A DNA stretch of 64,000 nt from Candidatus Poribacteria bacterium (GCA_965242965.1 OZ251518.1:3513838-3577837), one strand, 5' to 3'; counted from the stretch's first letter, positions 27,843 to 39,712 are shown. Translations and numbers: made by a program. Notes: generated from the sequence alone by a model not told the origin.

Positions 27843-28811
27843 TCACTTTGAGTTTCGTTGTTTGAGTGTTGCCCAGCGCGTCGTCAGTCGGTTTGTAGGT
27901 TCCACCGCATACGCGCTCTTCGTCCAGTCAAACATCGGAACACCCCCGTCACCTTTTATATTTAAAATTTCTTCATGAGGGCCTCCATCAAGAGGTGCCA
28001 CGTAGTTATGATATAAATTATCCGGCCCGTAGACGGTATAAACGAGTGCCTGTCCATCAGGTGTCCATTTGAGGGCTATAAAGGCTGAATGTTCTCCAAG
28101 GGCTATCGTCTTCAAGCGGCGACGCGGCTCAAGCGAAATAATGTTAATCGCGGTCGCGTCGGCTAAAAACGTGTGAACAAAAGCGAGGCGGTTACCTTCC
28201 GGAGAGAAAGCAGGGTAGCGGCCGTGGGCACTAACTCCTGATGAACCCCCTCTGGTTAAGACATTGTAGATATAAATACCGCCCCCCAAGACTTCATAGG
28301 CAATATGGACACCATCCGGTGCCCATGTTACATTGGATGCTTCTCTTGCAAATAGCAGCTCGGCTTTAGGGAAATCGTTTTTTAATTCGTCACGGGGAAT
28401 CAAATAGATGCCATACGGCGGTTCTGGCTCTATGCCTGTCGGCGTGTTTGTGAAAACAACATCACCCGCGTGTGAGATGTCGATGTTCCAAACGAAATCA
28501 AAGCGATTTTGCGTTAGGTTGTGTGCTTTTGCATGAACCTGATTTCTATCAATCAGGTAAGCGTCGGCAGCAAAAAACCCATTATCCGGGTCGGCAGCGA
28601 TGAGGATATAAGGCCCATCTCTTTGGACAGCCAACTCATAAATATCTTGGGTATGTTTAAACATCCGGCGTGCGTTGCGTGTATCCCCCACATCGGATAT
28701 CCATAATTCGGATTTCTTTGGATGTCCAAAGATAACTTCCGCGGTAAGTTTGGCATCCGTTGTCAGTGGCAACAGCAAGGCCAGACAGAGACTTATCAGA
28801 CCGTATTTCAT
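27843..28811 (-). CDS. secreted PD40/TolB-like beta-propeller repeat protein (paralog of 30891..31877)
   Basis: Signal peptide MKYGLISLCLALLLPLTTDA; WAPDGVHIAY, FSPEGNRLAFV and WTPDGQALVY repeats; GGAG RBS upstream. Confidence 0.7.
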   Translation of the reverse strand: MKYGLISLCLALLLPLTTDAKLTAEVIFGHPKKSELWISDVGDTRNARRMFKHTQDIYELAVQRDGPYILIAADPDNGFFAADAYLIDRNQVHAKAHNLTQNRFDFVWNIDISHAGDVVFTNTPTGIEPEPPYGIYLIPRDELKNDFPKAELLFAREASNVTWAPDGVHIAYEVLGGGIYIYNVLTRGGSSGVSAHGRYPAFSPEGNRLAFVHTFLADATAINIISLEPRRRLKTIALGEHSAFIALKWTPDGQALVYTVYGPDNLYHNYVAPLDGGPHEEILNIKGDGGVPMFDWTKSAYAVEPTNRLTTRWATLKQRNSK

Positions 28812-28905
28812 GAGGACTCCTATTTTGCTGAGGGGAGAGTGGCGGAGTTTTCCATTTCCATGGGGAATTCGCCTAAGTCAATAATGTGTGGCTTTCCTTT
28901 TTCCC

Positions 28906-29238
28906 TCACTCATGCTGAAGCGTGTTTACGTTGTTCTCAGGTTGGGTATAGTCCACAAACGCTGTCGGATCTGTCCCGTTGAGGTATTCCTCAATGTCGG
29001 TGTATCCGTCGCTGTCTCTATCCTTTGAGGCATTGGACGCGTCACGAGGATTAAGCCCGTATCTGACTTCCCATTCGTCCGGCAGACAATCTCCATCGCT
29101 GTCAAGGGGCGCAGACAGACTCTTGAGTTCCGGCCATCCGCCGACATCTGCCTGTGAGTCAATAATACCGCATTTTGTTGGTAAGATTAATAGCGCGGCG
29201 AACGTGATAATTGCGCGAAGAAAGTTTAGACTCTTCAT
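28906..29238 (-). CDS. small secreted/lipoprotein-like protein with thrombospondin type-3-like Ca-binding repeats
   Basis: Signal peptide with Cys (ALLILPTKCG); DSDGDCLPDEWE and DRDSDGYTDIEEYLNGTDP repeats. Confidence 0.55.
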   Translation of the reverse strand: MKSLNFLRAIITFAALLILPTKCGIIDSQADVGGWPELKSLSAPLDSDGDCLPDEWEVRYGLNPRDASNASKDRDSDGYTDIEEYLNGTDPTAFVDYTQPENNVNTLQHE

Positions 29239-29244
29239 GAGTTT

Positions 29245-29462
29245 ACCTGAGGATGTTTCATAACTTGTTTTCCCCGGTAGGCGAGACCTCCTGGTCTCGA
29301 TTTCTTCTCGATAGGCGAGACCTCCTGGTCTCGATTTCTTCTCGGTAGGCGAGACCTCCTGGTCTCGATGTGGTGCGTATCGGGACAGGGATGTCCCTCC
29401 TACTGGGAAACATCAAGACACCCGCTCGTTTGCAAGAAGGCGATTTATGAAACACCCTCAGT
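29245..29462. repeat. repeat island bracketed by inverted E-like motifs, with A x3 inside
   Basis: GGATGTTTCATAACTTG (left) and ATTTATGAAACACCCTCAGTTT (right); three CGGTAGGCGAGACCTCCTGGTCTCGAT units. Confidence 0.8.
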
Positions 29463-29477
29463 TTACCTCACCAAAGT

Positions 29478-30308
29478 TCAACGAGTTAAGCCTAAGAATT
29501 CATAGGCATCAATGTAACCGTCTGGCAATTCATGGACGGTTATCCCTGGTGGAATTTCACCTTCATCAAGATATGGCTCATAGATATGCGCTGTGTCGGG
29601 ATGACCGCGGGTGACTCCCGCATATCTATGAGTTATCCCGTCATCATCTGTCCAGTAGTCCCATTTAACATAAACAACATCAGGATAGAGCAGATAGACT
29701 TTACCGTCGGCATCACCTGTAACGCCTACGTTTTCAAGTGATATTCCTTGTTTCCAGAATTCAACGATGAGTCGTTTTTGGAGCTCAAGAGCTTTACGCA
29801 TATCTGAGTCTCCCATTGAAGCAAGACTTTTGAATATGTCCGGTTCAGGGAAGTCCTCTGGAATCTCTGGATAAGGCCCGAATCTGAAGGGCGATATAGA
29901 TAGGGCTACCGATTCTTCCTCGGCGGTTTCTTTGTCGGAAGCCGGCAATTCCGGGGCTGCTGCGGTATCCCCGCGCGCCGCCTTTGCATTCGGAAGACGC
30001 TCTGTGATGTCAAACACCGTTGCCGCACCATTGTCCGTTGCAACGGATTTCGCGGCTTGTTCTTCCGCGTCTCTGTCTGTTATCTGCCGCGGCTGTTGTG
30101 CATTCGTGGTCTGGCGATTTTCTAGTTGCTGTAGGAACCGTTGGGTTCTGACTTCGTCGTTTCGGATGTCGCGTTCGCCATGCCACCGATAGAGCAGGCT
30201 GCCGGCGATGAGAAGGACGCAGCCGATGAGCCCGGCGCGAACGAGTTTGCTTGAAAGTATGTCCTGTAACATGTGCATTCTCCTGAGTAAGGATACACGA
30301 TTTCGCAA
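29478..30308 (-). CDS. membrane-anchored hypothetical protein (paralog of 27085..27639, with a longer acidic/Gln-rich linker)
   Basis: Same N-terminal block and C-terminal FRFGPYPEIPEDFPEPD motif; DNA is ~95% identical to 27530-27660 across the start region. Alternative start ATG 30272. Confidence 0.6.
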   Translation of the reverse strand: MRNRVSLLRRMHMLQDILSSKLVRAGLIGCVLLIAGSLLYRWHGERDIRNDEVRTQRFLQQLENRQTTNAQQPRQITDRDAEEQAAKSVATDNGAATVFDITERLPNAKAARGDTAAAPELPASDKETAEEESVALSISPFRFGPYPEIPEDFPEPDIFKSLASMGDSDMRKALELQKRLIVEFWKQGISLENVGVTGDADGKVYLLYPDVVYVKWDYWTDDDGITHRYAGVTRGHPDTAHIYEPYLDEGEIPPGITVHELPDGYIDAYEFLGLTR

Positions 30309-30354
30309 AAGAAGTCCACCAATACTTTCAGGTAATCATCAAAGTTGCGTCGGA

Positions 30355-30860
30355 TGTCTTTAACTGAGGGGGTTTCATATTTCGATGCGTTTGGTAAGAG
30401 AGACCTCCTGGTCTCGATTTCTTCCCGGTAGGAGAGACCTCTGGTCTCGATGCAATCGGACAGCGCGCCTCCCGGGGCCGCGGCGGCAGAAATCCCCCCT
30501 TCATCGTAGGGCGGTGGGAAGACCTGTCCCTCGCCAGCATCCGCGCACTCCACCGCTCGCGGGGGAAACCCGCTCGGATGCGCGTATGGCATCCGAGGGC
30601 CCCCGCGCTACGAAAAAAAACGCCCCCTCACCGTAGGGCGAGGGCCTGTCCCTCGCCATCGTTCTCGCGCCAGGCCCTGTAGTTCGGGCTCGCCGAATCC
30701 TGACCCGTTTGTGATCAGGCGCGCACAAACTACAGCGGGGGAAACACACATCATGCCGATGGAGATCGCGGGGGACAGGCCCCCGCGCTACGGGACAATC
30801 GAGACCGGGAGGTCTCTCCTACGGTGACACTGCTTGCATCGAGACCGGGGGGTGTCAGAA
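30355..30860. repeat. repeat island (E, A x2, B, D, B, A)
   Basis: Seen directly; ORFs 30122..30592, 30385..30636 and 30501..30749 are artefacts. Confidence 0.85.
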
Positions 30861-30890
30861 GAGGGACGTTAGGGCTGACAGAGAGGCTGC

Positions 30891-31877
30891 TCACTTTGAG
30901 TTTCGTTGTTTGAGTTGTGCCCAGCGCGTCGTCAGTCGGTTTGTAGGTTCCACCGCATACGCGCTCTTCGTCCAATCAAACATCGGAACACCCCCATCAC
31001 CTTTTATATTTAAAATCTCTTCATGAGGGCCTCCATCAAGAGGTGCCACGTAGTTATGATATAAATTATCCGGCCCATAGACGGTATAAACGAGTGCTTG
31101 TCCATCAGGTGCCCATTTGAGGGCTATAAAGGCTGAGTGCTCTCCAAGGGCTATTGTCTTCAAACGGCGTATCGGCTCAAGTGAAATAATGTTAATGGCG
31201 GTCGCGTCGGCTAAAAATTTGTGAACAAAAGCAAGACGGTTACCCTCTGGAGAGAAAACAGGGTAATATCCATGTTGGGCAACACCTCTTGAAGGCCCTC
31301 GGATAACGGTATTGTAGATAAAAATATCGCCCCCTACGACATCATAGGCAATATGGACACCATCCGGTGCCCATCTGACATGGAGCGCGTCATGTCTAAT
31401 TAGCAGCTTGGCTTTAGGAAAATCGTTTTTCAGTTCGTCACGGGGAATCAAATAGACACCATACAGCGGTGCAGGCTCTATGCCTGTCGGCGTGTTTGTG
31501 AAAACAACATCACCTATGTGTGAGATGTCTACCTTAAAAATCTCATCAAAGCGCCGACGTGTGAGATTATGCGCTGCTGCATGACGATGGTTTCTATCAA
31601 TCAGGTAAGCCTCAACATCAGGAAGGTGTCCCTCATGTTCGGCAACAAAAACGACATAATCCCCATGGTTTTGGACAGCCAGTTCGTAAATATCTCGGGT
31701 ATGTTTAAACATCCGGCGTGCGTTGCGTGTGTCCCCCACATCGGATATCCATAATTCGTTGAAATCCTTCTCTGGATGTCTAAAGATGACTTCCCCGGTA
31801 AGTTTGGCATACGTTGTCAGTGGGAGAAGCAAGACCAGACAGAGGGAGAGACAGAGACTTATCAGACCGTATTTCAT
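30891..31877 (-). CDS. secreted PD40/TolB-like beta-propeller repeat protein (paralog of 27843..28811)
   Basis: Start set at ATG 31877 (MKYGLISLCLSLCL...) with GGAG 6 nt upstream, matching the paralog start; the longer ORF to 32000 lacks an RBS. Confidence 0.7.
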   Translation of the reverse strand: MKYGLISLCLSLCLVLLLPLTTYAKLTGEVIFRHPEKDFNELWISDVGDTRNARRMFKHTRDIYELAVQNHGDYVVFVAEHEGHLPDVEAYLIDRNHRHAAAHNLTRRRFDEIFKVDISHIGDVVFTNTPTGIEPAPLYGVYLIPRDELKNDFPKAKLLIRHDALHVRWAPDGVHIAYDVVGGDIFIYNTVIRGPSRGVAQHGYYPVFSPEGNRLAFVHKFLADATAINIISLEPIRRLKTIALGEHSAFIALKWAPDGQALVYTVYGPDNLYHNYVAPLDGGPHEEILNIKGDGGVPMFDWTKSAYAVEPTNRLTTRWAQLKQRNSK

Positions 31878-31962
31878 GAGGACTCCTATGGTGCTGAGAT
31901 GTATTGAGACATCGCATTGTCTTTTCGCCTCTTGCGCGAGGGCAGAGTTTTGAACTACCGCC

Positions 31963-32020
31963 TCACAAAAGGTTTTCCGGCGGTGTATTAACTTTCCCAC
32001 GGGGTTGCCCCTGGGGTTTC
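31963..32020 (-). other. 5S rRNA 3'-end-like fragment (~45-55 nt, ~85% identical to the 3' part of the 5S gene at 33085-33130)
   Basis: GGTTTTCCGGCGGTGTATTAACTTTCCCACGGGGTTGCCCCTGGGG versus the 5S gene GGTTTTCCGGCGGCGACTTACTTTCCCACGGGGTTGCCCCCGCAG. Confidence 0.55.
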
Positions 32021-32174
32021 ATCAATAAGGATACCCGATTTCGCAAAAGAAGTCAACCGAAATGTTGAAGAAAAATCGCAGCACTTACGCGCCCCACCCC
32101 GATGATAGAATTTGCATCAGGCATCTTAAGCATACCACATGAGGTGTCTGAAGTCAAGGTTTTTCTCACAGAAT

Positions 32175-32201
32175 AAAAAAGGGTAGGCCATAAGCCTACC
32201 C
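32175..32201 (-). terminator. Rho-independent terminator downstream of hicA
   Basis: Minus strand reads GGTAGGC-TTATG-GCCTACC followed by TTTTTT (complement of A6 at 32175-32180). Confidence 0.7.
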
Positions 32202-32250
32202 TGAAAAAGGTTTGCCACATTCACTATTCATCATAGTGAACCTAGCGATG

Positions 32251-32502
32251 TCACGAATTGTTTTTAGTTTTCAATCTTGTCTTCCAATCCCACCCGGCTT
32301 GGCGGTAGATCTCGCGCAGGGTTCCTCTCGCGAGTTCTTTATTTCCTCGCGACGGTCGAGGGACAACAACCCGCCCCCGCGCCGGATGTTTATAGTGGTG
32401 ATGACTCCCTCGGGTACGAAGATATTCAAAACCGTCCTGCCGCAGCCTCGCGACCACTTGATTGAAAGTCAGAAGGAAAGCCATAGAAACTCCTTTCTCC
32501 AC
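32251..32502 (-). CDS. hicA: HicA-family mRNA interferase toxin
   Basis: LRQDGFEYLRTRGSHHHYKHPARGRVVVPRP...ELARGTLREIYRQAG matches the HicA consensus (GSHHHFKHP...VPHP...GTL..I.KQAG). Confidence 0.85.
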   Translation of the reverse strand: MEKGVSMAFLLTFNQVVARLRQDGFEYLRTRGSHHHYKHPARGRVVVPRPSRGNKELARGTLREIYRQAGWDWKTRLKTKNNS

Positions 32503-32700
32503 ATGGGAGAGTTCGTAGGTTAAAACGTTCGAGATTAGTTAATCACCTTTTTCCTTTTAGTCCACCCATTGGCTTAAACGGAAGCCTGAGTGCACTTGTT
32601 TAAAGCCCGATGTGTCACAACGGGCTAAGCCTTAAGTAAGTGCCGGGGTCTCCGCATTCTGGCACAGGACACTGCCTGCTGCGGGTTTGGTTAAAGCGGA

Positions 32701-33018
32701 TTAGCCGACAGCTGCATTAGAAAAACTCGGGGACTTTCCATAGACGACTTCATCAGTCAGTGCGGCGAGATCTACTGACACCGTTTCCCACACACCATCG
32801 GCGTAATCGGGATTATTTTTATGGAAAGCGATGTTTTTGGGAGTAGGGATGGGCTCACTGTCAAGCAATAAGCCTTCAAGATAACATTCAATGGCTTCGA
32901 CAGCTTGCGTCTGCGCATCCTTGACCGTTTCCCCGGAAGTGAAGCACCCTGGTAAATCAGGCACTGTCACTCCATAGTCACTGCCCGGGTCTTTGTGGAG
33001 AACAATGGAATAACGCAT
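32701..33018 (-). CDS. hicB: HicB-family antitoxin
   Basis: MRYSIVLHKDPGSDYGVTVPDLPGCFTSGETVKDAQTQAVEAIECYLEGLLLDSEPIP matches the HicB N-terminal domain consensus. Confidence 0.85.
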   Translation of the reverse strand: MRYSIVLHKDPGSDYGVTVPDLPGCFTSGETVKDAQTQAVEAIECYLEGLLLDSEPIPTPKNIAFHKNNPDYADGVWETVSVDLAALTDEVVYGKSPSFSNAAVG

Positions 33019-33084
33019 TAAGCACCTTTAGTTCTGATAGATGAAGGGACAGGCTCGGTGCCTGTCCCCTTTTCCAAAAAGGTT

Positions 33085-33202
33085 TTCCGGCGGCGACTTA
33101 CTTTCCCACGGGGTTGCCCCCGCAGTATCATCAGCGCAGAAGGGCTTAACGGCCGTGTTCGGGATGGGAACGGGTGGTGCCCCTTCGCTATAGCCACCGG
33201 AA
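33085..33202 (-). rRNA. rrf: 5S ribosomal RNA
   Basis: Minus strand TCCGGTGGCTATAGCGAAGGGGCACCACCCGTTCCCATCCCGAACACGGCCGTTAAGCCCTTCTGCGCTGATGATACTGCGGGGGCAACCCCGTGGGAAAGTAAGTCGCCGCCGGAAAACC; ends approximate within ~3 nt. Confidence 0.9.
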
Positions 33203-33292
33203 AGGTGTTTTGTCATATATTGTATTGACAAGAAAATTTGACAATTGCATAGATTAGGTGAGGGTGTCGGTAGAAGAAATAATAAAGAAGTT

Positions 33293-36283
<2,991 letters not shown>

Positions 36284-36378
36284 ATAAGGTGATATTATTA
36301 TTCTACCGATTTACCCTCTCTATGCAATTGTCAAAGAACCCCGCCTTGCACAGGAGCGGGCGCTCCCTTACAAGACGA

Positions 36379-36451
36379 TGGAGATGAGCGGAGTTGAACC
36401 GCTGACCTTCTGGTTGCAAACCAGATGCTCTCCCAACTGAGCTACACCCCC
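36379..36451 (-). tRNA. tRNA-Ala (anticodon TGC)
   Basis: GGGGGTGTAGCTCAGTTGGGAGAGCATCTGGTTTGCAACCAGAAGGTCAGCGGTTCAACTCCGCTCATCTCCA; G3:U70 Ala identity pair present; CCA not encoded. Confidence 0.9.
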
Positions 36452-36469
36452 AAGTGGCATTACTCTTTA

Positions 36470-36901
36470 AGTATACCACAAAAAAACGCATTTGTCAAAT
36501 TTATTTTTCAAAAAAACGGATTTGCTGACACAAACCCTCGCGATGGTATATAGTATACCACGAAAACTGCGCAATGTCAAATTAAAATCAAATTAAAATG
36601 ACAATTTCGTCATCGTTGAGGTTAATTATACCACAAAAAAGATGCAATGTCAAATTAAAATGACGATTTCTGCGAATTTCTGCTGAATTACGCCACAAAA
36701 AGTGCGCGATGTCAAATTAAAACGACAATTTCGTCATCGTTGAGGTTAATTATACCACAAAAATGACGCAATGTCAAATTAAAATGACATTTTCTGCGGA
36801 ATTCTTGTTAATTCTGCCCCAAAAAGTGCGCGATGTCAAATTAAAACGACAATTTCGTCATCGTTGAGGTTAATTATACCACAAAAATGACGCAATGTCA
36901 A
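36470..36901 (-). promoter_or_regulatory. array of seven tandem sigma70-consensus promoters directed at tRNA-Ala/23S/5S
   Basis: Plus-strand coordinates of -35 (TGTCAA) and -10 (complement of the -10 hexamer), spacer exactly 17 in every case. P1: 36493-98 / 36470-75 (TATACT). P2: 36575-80 / 36552-57 (TATACT). P3: 36648-53 / 36625-30 (TATAAT). P4: 36710-15 / 36687-92 (CGTAAT). P5: 36772-77 / 36749-54 (TATAAT). P6: 36834-39 / 36811-16 (CAGAAT). P7: 36896-901 / 36873-78 (TATAAT). AT-rich UP-like TTTTAATT precedes each -35. Underlying ~125-bp tandem DNA repeats. Confidence 0.75.
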
Positions 36902-36903
36902 AT

Positions 36904-38859
36904 TTATTTAAAAAAAGTGCTCGTATCCCACAGCAGAATGGTGCCATCGAAACTGCCGCTCGCCAAAAGCGCGCCATCCGGCGAAAAGGCAAGAGACTGA
37001 ATGTCAGTGGAATGTCCCCAGAAAGTGGCGATGTTCTCACCCGTTGCAACCTCCCAGAATCTGATGGACATCTTATCCGTGCCTTGCCACGCTGCCCCCG
37101 ATACGAGATACCTGCCACATGGCGAAAATGTCAACGCCTCCGGTCTTTGGCATCCTTGCGGCAGGCATATCACCATGAGCGTTTCATACCTTTTCGCGTC
37201 CCATAGCCAAATTTCCCGGAAAATTCCACCGGCAATCACGTTCCCGCATGGCGAAAATACAACAGTCTTTGGAACAGCATTGTATTCTATCCGTTTAAGT
37301 GCGCGTTGAATTTGACGCGCATCGCCTTTATATTTCTCTAAATCTTTGGGACGGTGAGTGGACAGTTCCGTGATGAGCCGCCAATCGTCAACATCCCAAA
37401 GGAACGCTTTCGTATAGGGAGACGCGACAGCGAGGGACTTTCCATCAGGCGAAAAAGCGATGTGCCAAATCCAATCCGATTTTCCGTTCAGCGTCTGTAG
37501 CGCGGTTCCGTTTTGTAAATCCCACTCTATCAGGCCGCCGCCACCATCTGCGCTCACTAATCGTTCCTCTGTTGGAGAGAACGCGACAGCATAAATCGGT
37601 TTTTCCTGATGTCCCGTTAACTTCGCAATCGGCGCGTCGGGTTTCTCAACGTCCCACACCCTGACTATGCCATCGTAGGCACTGGCGGCGAGTTTGTTTC
37701 CACACGGCGAAAAACTGATTGAACGGATTGTCATCGGTTCTTCTGCGAAAACGACTTGCGGTTCTCGCCGCGCAACATCCCAAAAGATTATGTCTCCTAT
37801 CCAATGGCCGGCAGCCAACTTTTTTCCATCTGGGGAGAATTTGACGCAGCCACAGACATAGGGATGCTTCCGAATAAGGGCTTCGTGCGGCGTGGCCTCG
37901 CCGATATTCCACACCTGAATTGTGCGAGGACCGGCGATGGCCACGTGCGACTCTGTGGTTTGCGAAAAATGCGTGGCATGCGAAATTTCGCGCAGCTCTT
38001 TATGTTCCAACGCCGCTAATTTTTTGTTGCGTTCCATATCCCACACAATGAGCGTGGTGCCGCTGACCTCGGATGCGAGCAAAGTTCCCTTTGACGAATA
38101 AGCGAATCTCTTCCGGCCATTTGTCGAGGAGACGGTTGAAGGTTCTCCGGTTTCCGCGAGTCGGTTGACATCCCACTTCCGCAGCGTGCCCTCTCTGTCC
38201 GCTGTCGTCAGGAAAGTCCCGCACGGCGAGAAGAGCAGTGTTGTTACCGATGCCGTATGTCCGGTGAGACAAGCGATGCGTTCACCCGCTGTCAGATTCC
38301 AGACAGAAAAGGTGTTTTCAGCTGTCGCGCATGCGAGCAGAACGCCGTCCGGAGAAAAGGCGATGGGAATCCTCGGAAGAGGCCCCTTTTTAGGGGTATC
38401 GTCAACGGGGAATTCCGCAAGCGGTTCTCCGGTTTCGGCGTGCCAGACGTAAACAGTATCGTAGCGGCCCCCGGAACACGCTAAGCGTTGTCCGTCGGCT
38501 GAAAAGGCGAGCCGAGATACCTTATTCGCCTGTTTCCGGGTTCGTTCCATTTTGGCGATGCGTTGTTGGCTTGGCATATCCCAGACGCTCACGCCACCGT
38601 CCACATTGCCGGTAGCAAGCAAATGCCCGTTCGGCGAAAATGTCACCGCAGAAACCCCGCGTTCGGTATCCCATAACGCGAACGGTTCCATCGTGGACAC
38701 CTCGTAGAGCCAGAGCCCGATACCACTTCCGACGGCGAGAGTGTTCCTGTCTGGAGAGAATGCCAGTGCCCGCACCAACCCTCTGCCCAATCGTGCAATC
38801 GCGCCATCGGGGAGAATCCATGTGGTAATATCGCTATTTGCGCGATGCTGATTTTCCAC
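36904..38859 (-). CDS. WD40-repeat beta-propeller protein
   Basis: At least 12 WD40 repeats (e.g. GHSTDIQSLAFSPDGALLASGSFDGTILLWD). The start is uncertain: GTG at 38859 is preceded by GGAGG 6 nt upstream and avoids overlap with the LamG gene; the ATG-start ORF extends to 39075 but overlaps the upstream gene by 59-197 nt. Confidence 0.7.
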   Translation of the reverse strand: MENQHRANSDITTWILPDGAIARLGRGLVRALAFSPDRNTLAVGSGIGLWLYEVSTMEPFALWDTERGVSAVTFSPNGHLLATGNVDGGVSVWDMPSQQRIAKMERTRKQANKVSRLAFSADGQRLACSGGRYDTVYVWHAETGEPLAEFPVDDTPKKGPLPRIPIAFSPDGVLLACATAENTFSVWNLTAGERIACLTGHTASVTTLLFSPCGTFLTTADREGTLRKWDVNRLAETGEPSTVSSTNGRKRFAYSSKGTLLASEVSGTTLIVWDMERNKKLAALEHKELREISHATHFSQTTESHVAIAGPRTIQVWNIGEATPHEALIRKHPYVCGCVKFSPDGKKLAAGHWIGDIIFWDVARREPQVVFAEEPMTIRSISFSPCGNKLAASAYDGIVRVWDVEKPDAPIAKLTGHQEKPIYAVAFSPTEERLVSADGGGGLIEWDLQNGTALQTLNGKSDWIWHIAFSPDGKSLAVASPYTKAFLWDVDDWRLITELSTHRPKDLEKYKGDARQIQRALKRIEYNAVPKTVVFSPCGNVIAGGIFREIWLWDAKRYETLMVICLPQGCQRPEALTFSPCGRYLVSGAAWQGTDKMSIRFWEVATGENIATFWGHSTDIQSLAFSPDGALLASGSFDGTILLWDTSTFFK

Positions 38860-38878
38860 GCGCGCCCTCCGCGTTTGT

Positions 38879-39712
38879 TTACGGGGTATACCCGCGTTTG
38901 ACGTTTGCCCAAGTGGTTGCGAGTTTGTCAACCGCATCGACAGCAAAAGTGCCAGAGATGTTTTGGAGCACCTCTGCCTCGGTGAGTGCCTTATCATAAG
39001 CGCGGACGATGGCGAATGAACCGTTGAAAGTCCGCCGCCGTTCGTCGAAGGAATTCGCACCGATGGAGATGTCATTTATCGGTAACGCCTTGTCAAACTC
39101 AAAACCGGCTTGGCTGCTGACTTCTTCGCCATCTTGATATGCGACAATCGACTTGTCGTTAGTGCCGACAATCGTAAGCCAGGTCCACACGCCTTCCTCA
39201 AGTTTGAGGTTAAGCGGTTGAACGCCCTGTTTCGCACCTTGCGCATGGACAGAGATGTCCAAGTTTTGCCCGTTGACTATCCACAGCCGAATTCCCTGTT
39301 TCCCTTCCCGCGGGCTGTTTTGGAACCCGGCGAAGTGGTGTTCCTCCACAAAGAAATCGCCGTTGCGTCGGCAAAGGAACTCAAGCGTCCAGTCCTCAAA
39401 AAAGAGAGGCGGATTTTTTGCCGGCGGACCGCCGAAGGTTTGATGGGAATCCTTGGTTGTGTAATACTTCGCGTTCGGCAAGTCGATGCCGAGTGCAGGG
39501 ATTTTGATTGGCCCTTCCTCAAGTTCGGGTGCTTCGTCCGCGGCGGGTAATTCGCCTTCAGCCGTGCCGAGGTTTGTCCACGCGTCTTTGTGGCCTGGAT
39601 TATCAGCGGCATCGAGGTAAAGCACCGGGTCTGGAACGATATTAGCATTTGCGATGTTGCACGCGAGGGATAGGCAAAGTATCGTCGTGCAAAGTGAAAT
39701 AAGTGTTCTCAT
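38879..39712 (-). CDS. secreted LamG/concanavalin-A-like lectin-fold protein
   Basis: Signal peptide MRTLISLCTTILCLSLACNIANA; jelly-roll signature ...FNGSFAIVRAYDKALTEAEV. Confidence 0.6.
   Translation of the reverse strand: MRTLISLCTTILCLSLACNIANANIVPDPVLYLDAADNPGHKDAWTNLGTAEGELPAADEAPELEEGPIKIPALGIDLPNAKYYTTKDSHQTFGGPPAKNPPLFFEDWTLEFLCRRNGDFFVEEHHFAGFQNSPREGKQGIRLWIVNGQNLDISVHAQGAKQGVQPLNLKLEEGVWTWLTIVGTNDKSIVAYQDGEEVSSQAGFEFDKALPINDISIGANSFDERRRTFNGSFAIVRAYDKALTEAEVLQNISGTFAVDAVDKLATTWANVKRGYTP

Noticed and set aside
36500-36560. Plus-strand CTGACA-N16-TATATA promoter-like match inside the promoter array
   Set aside because: There is no plus-strand gene downstream. It is most likely a by-product of the AT-rich tandem repeats.
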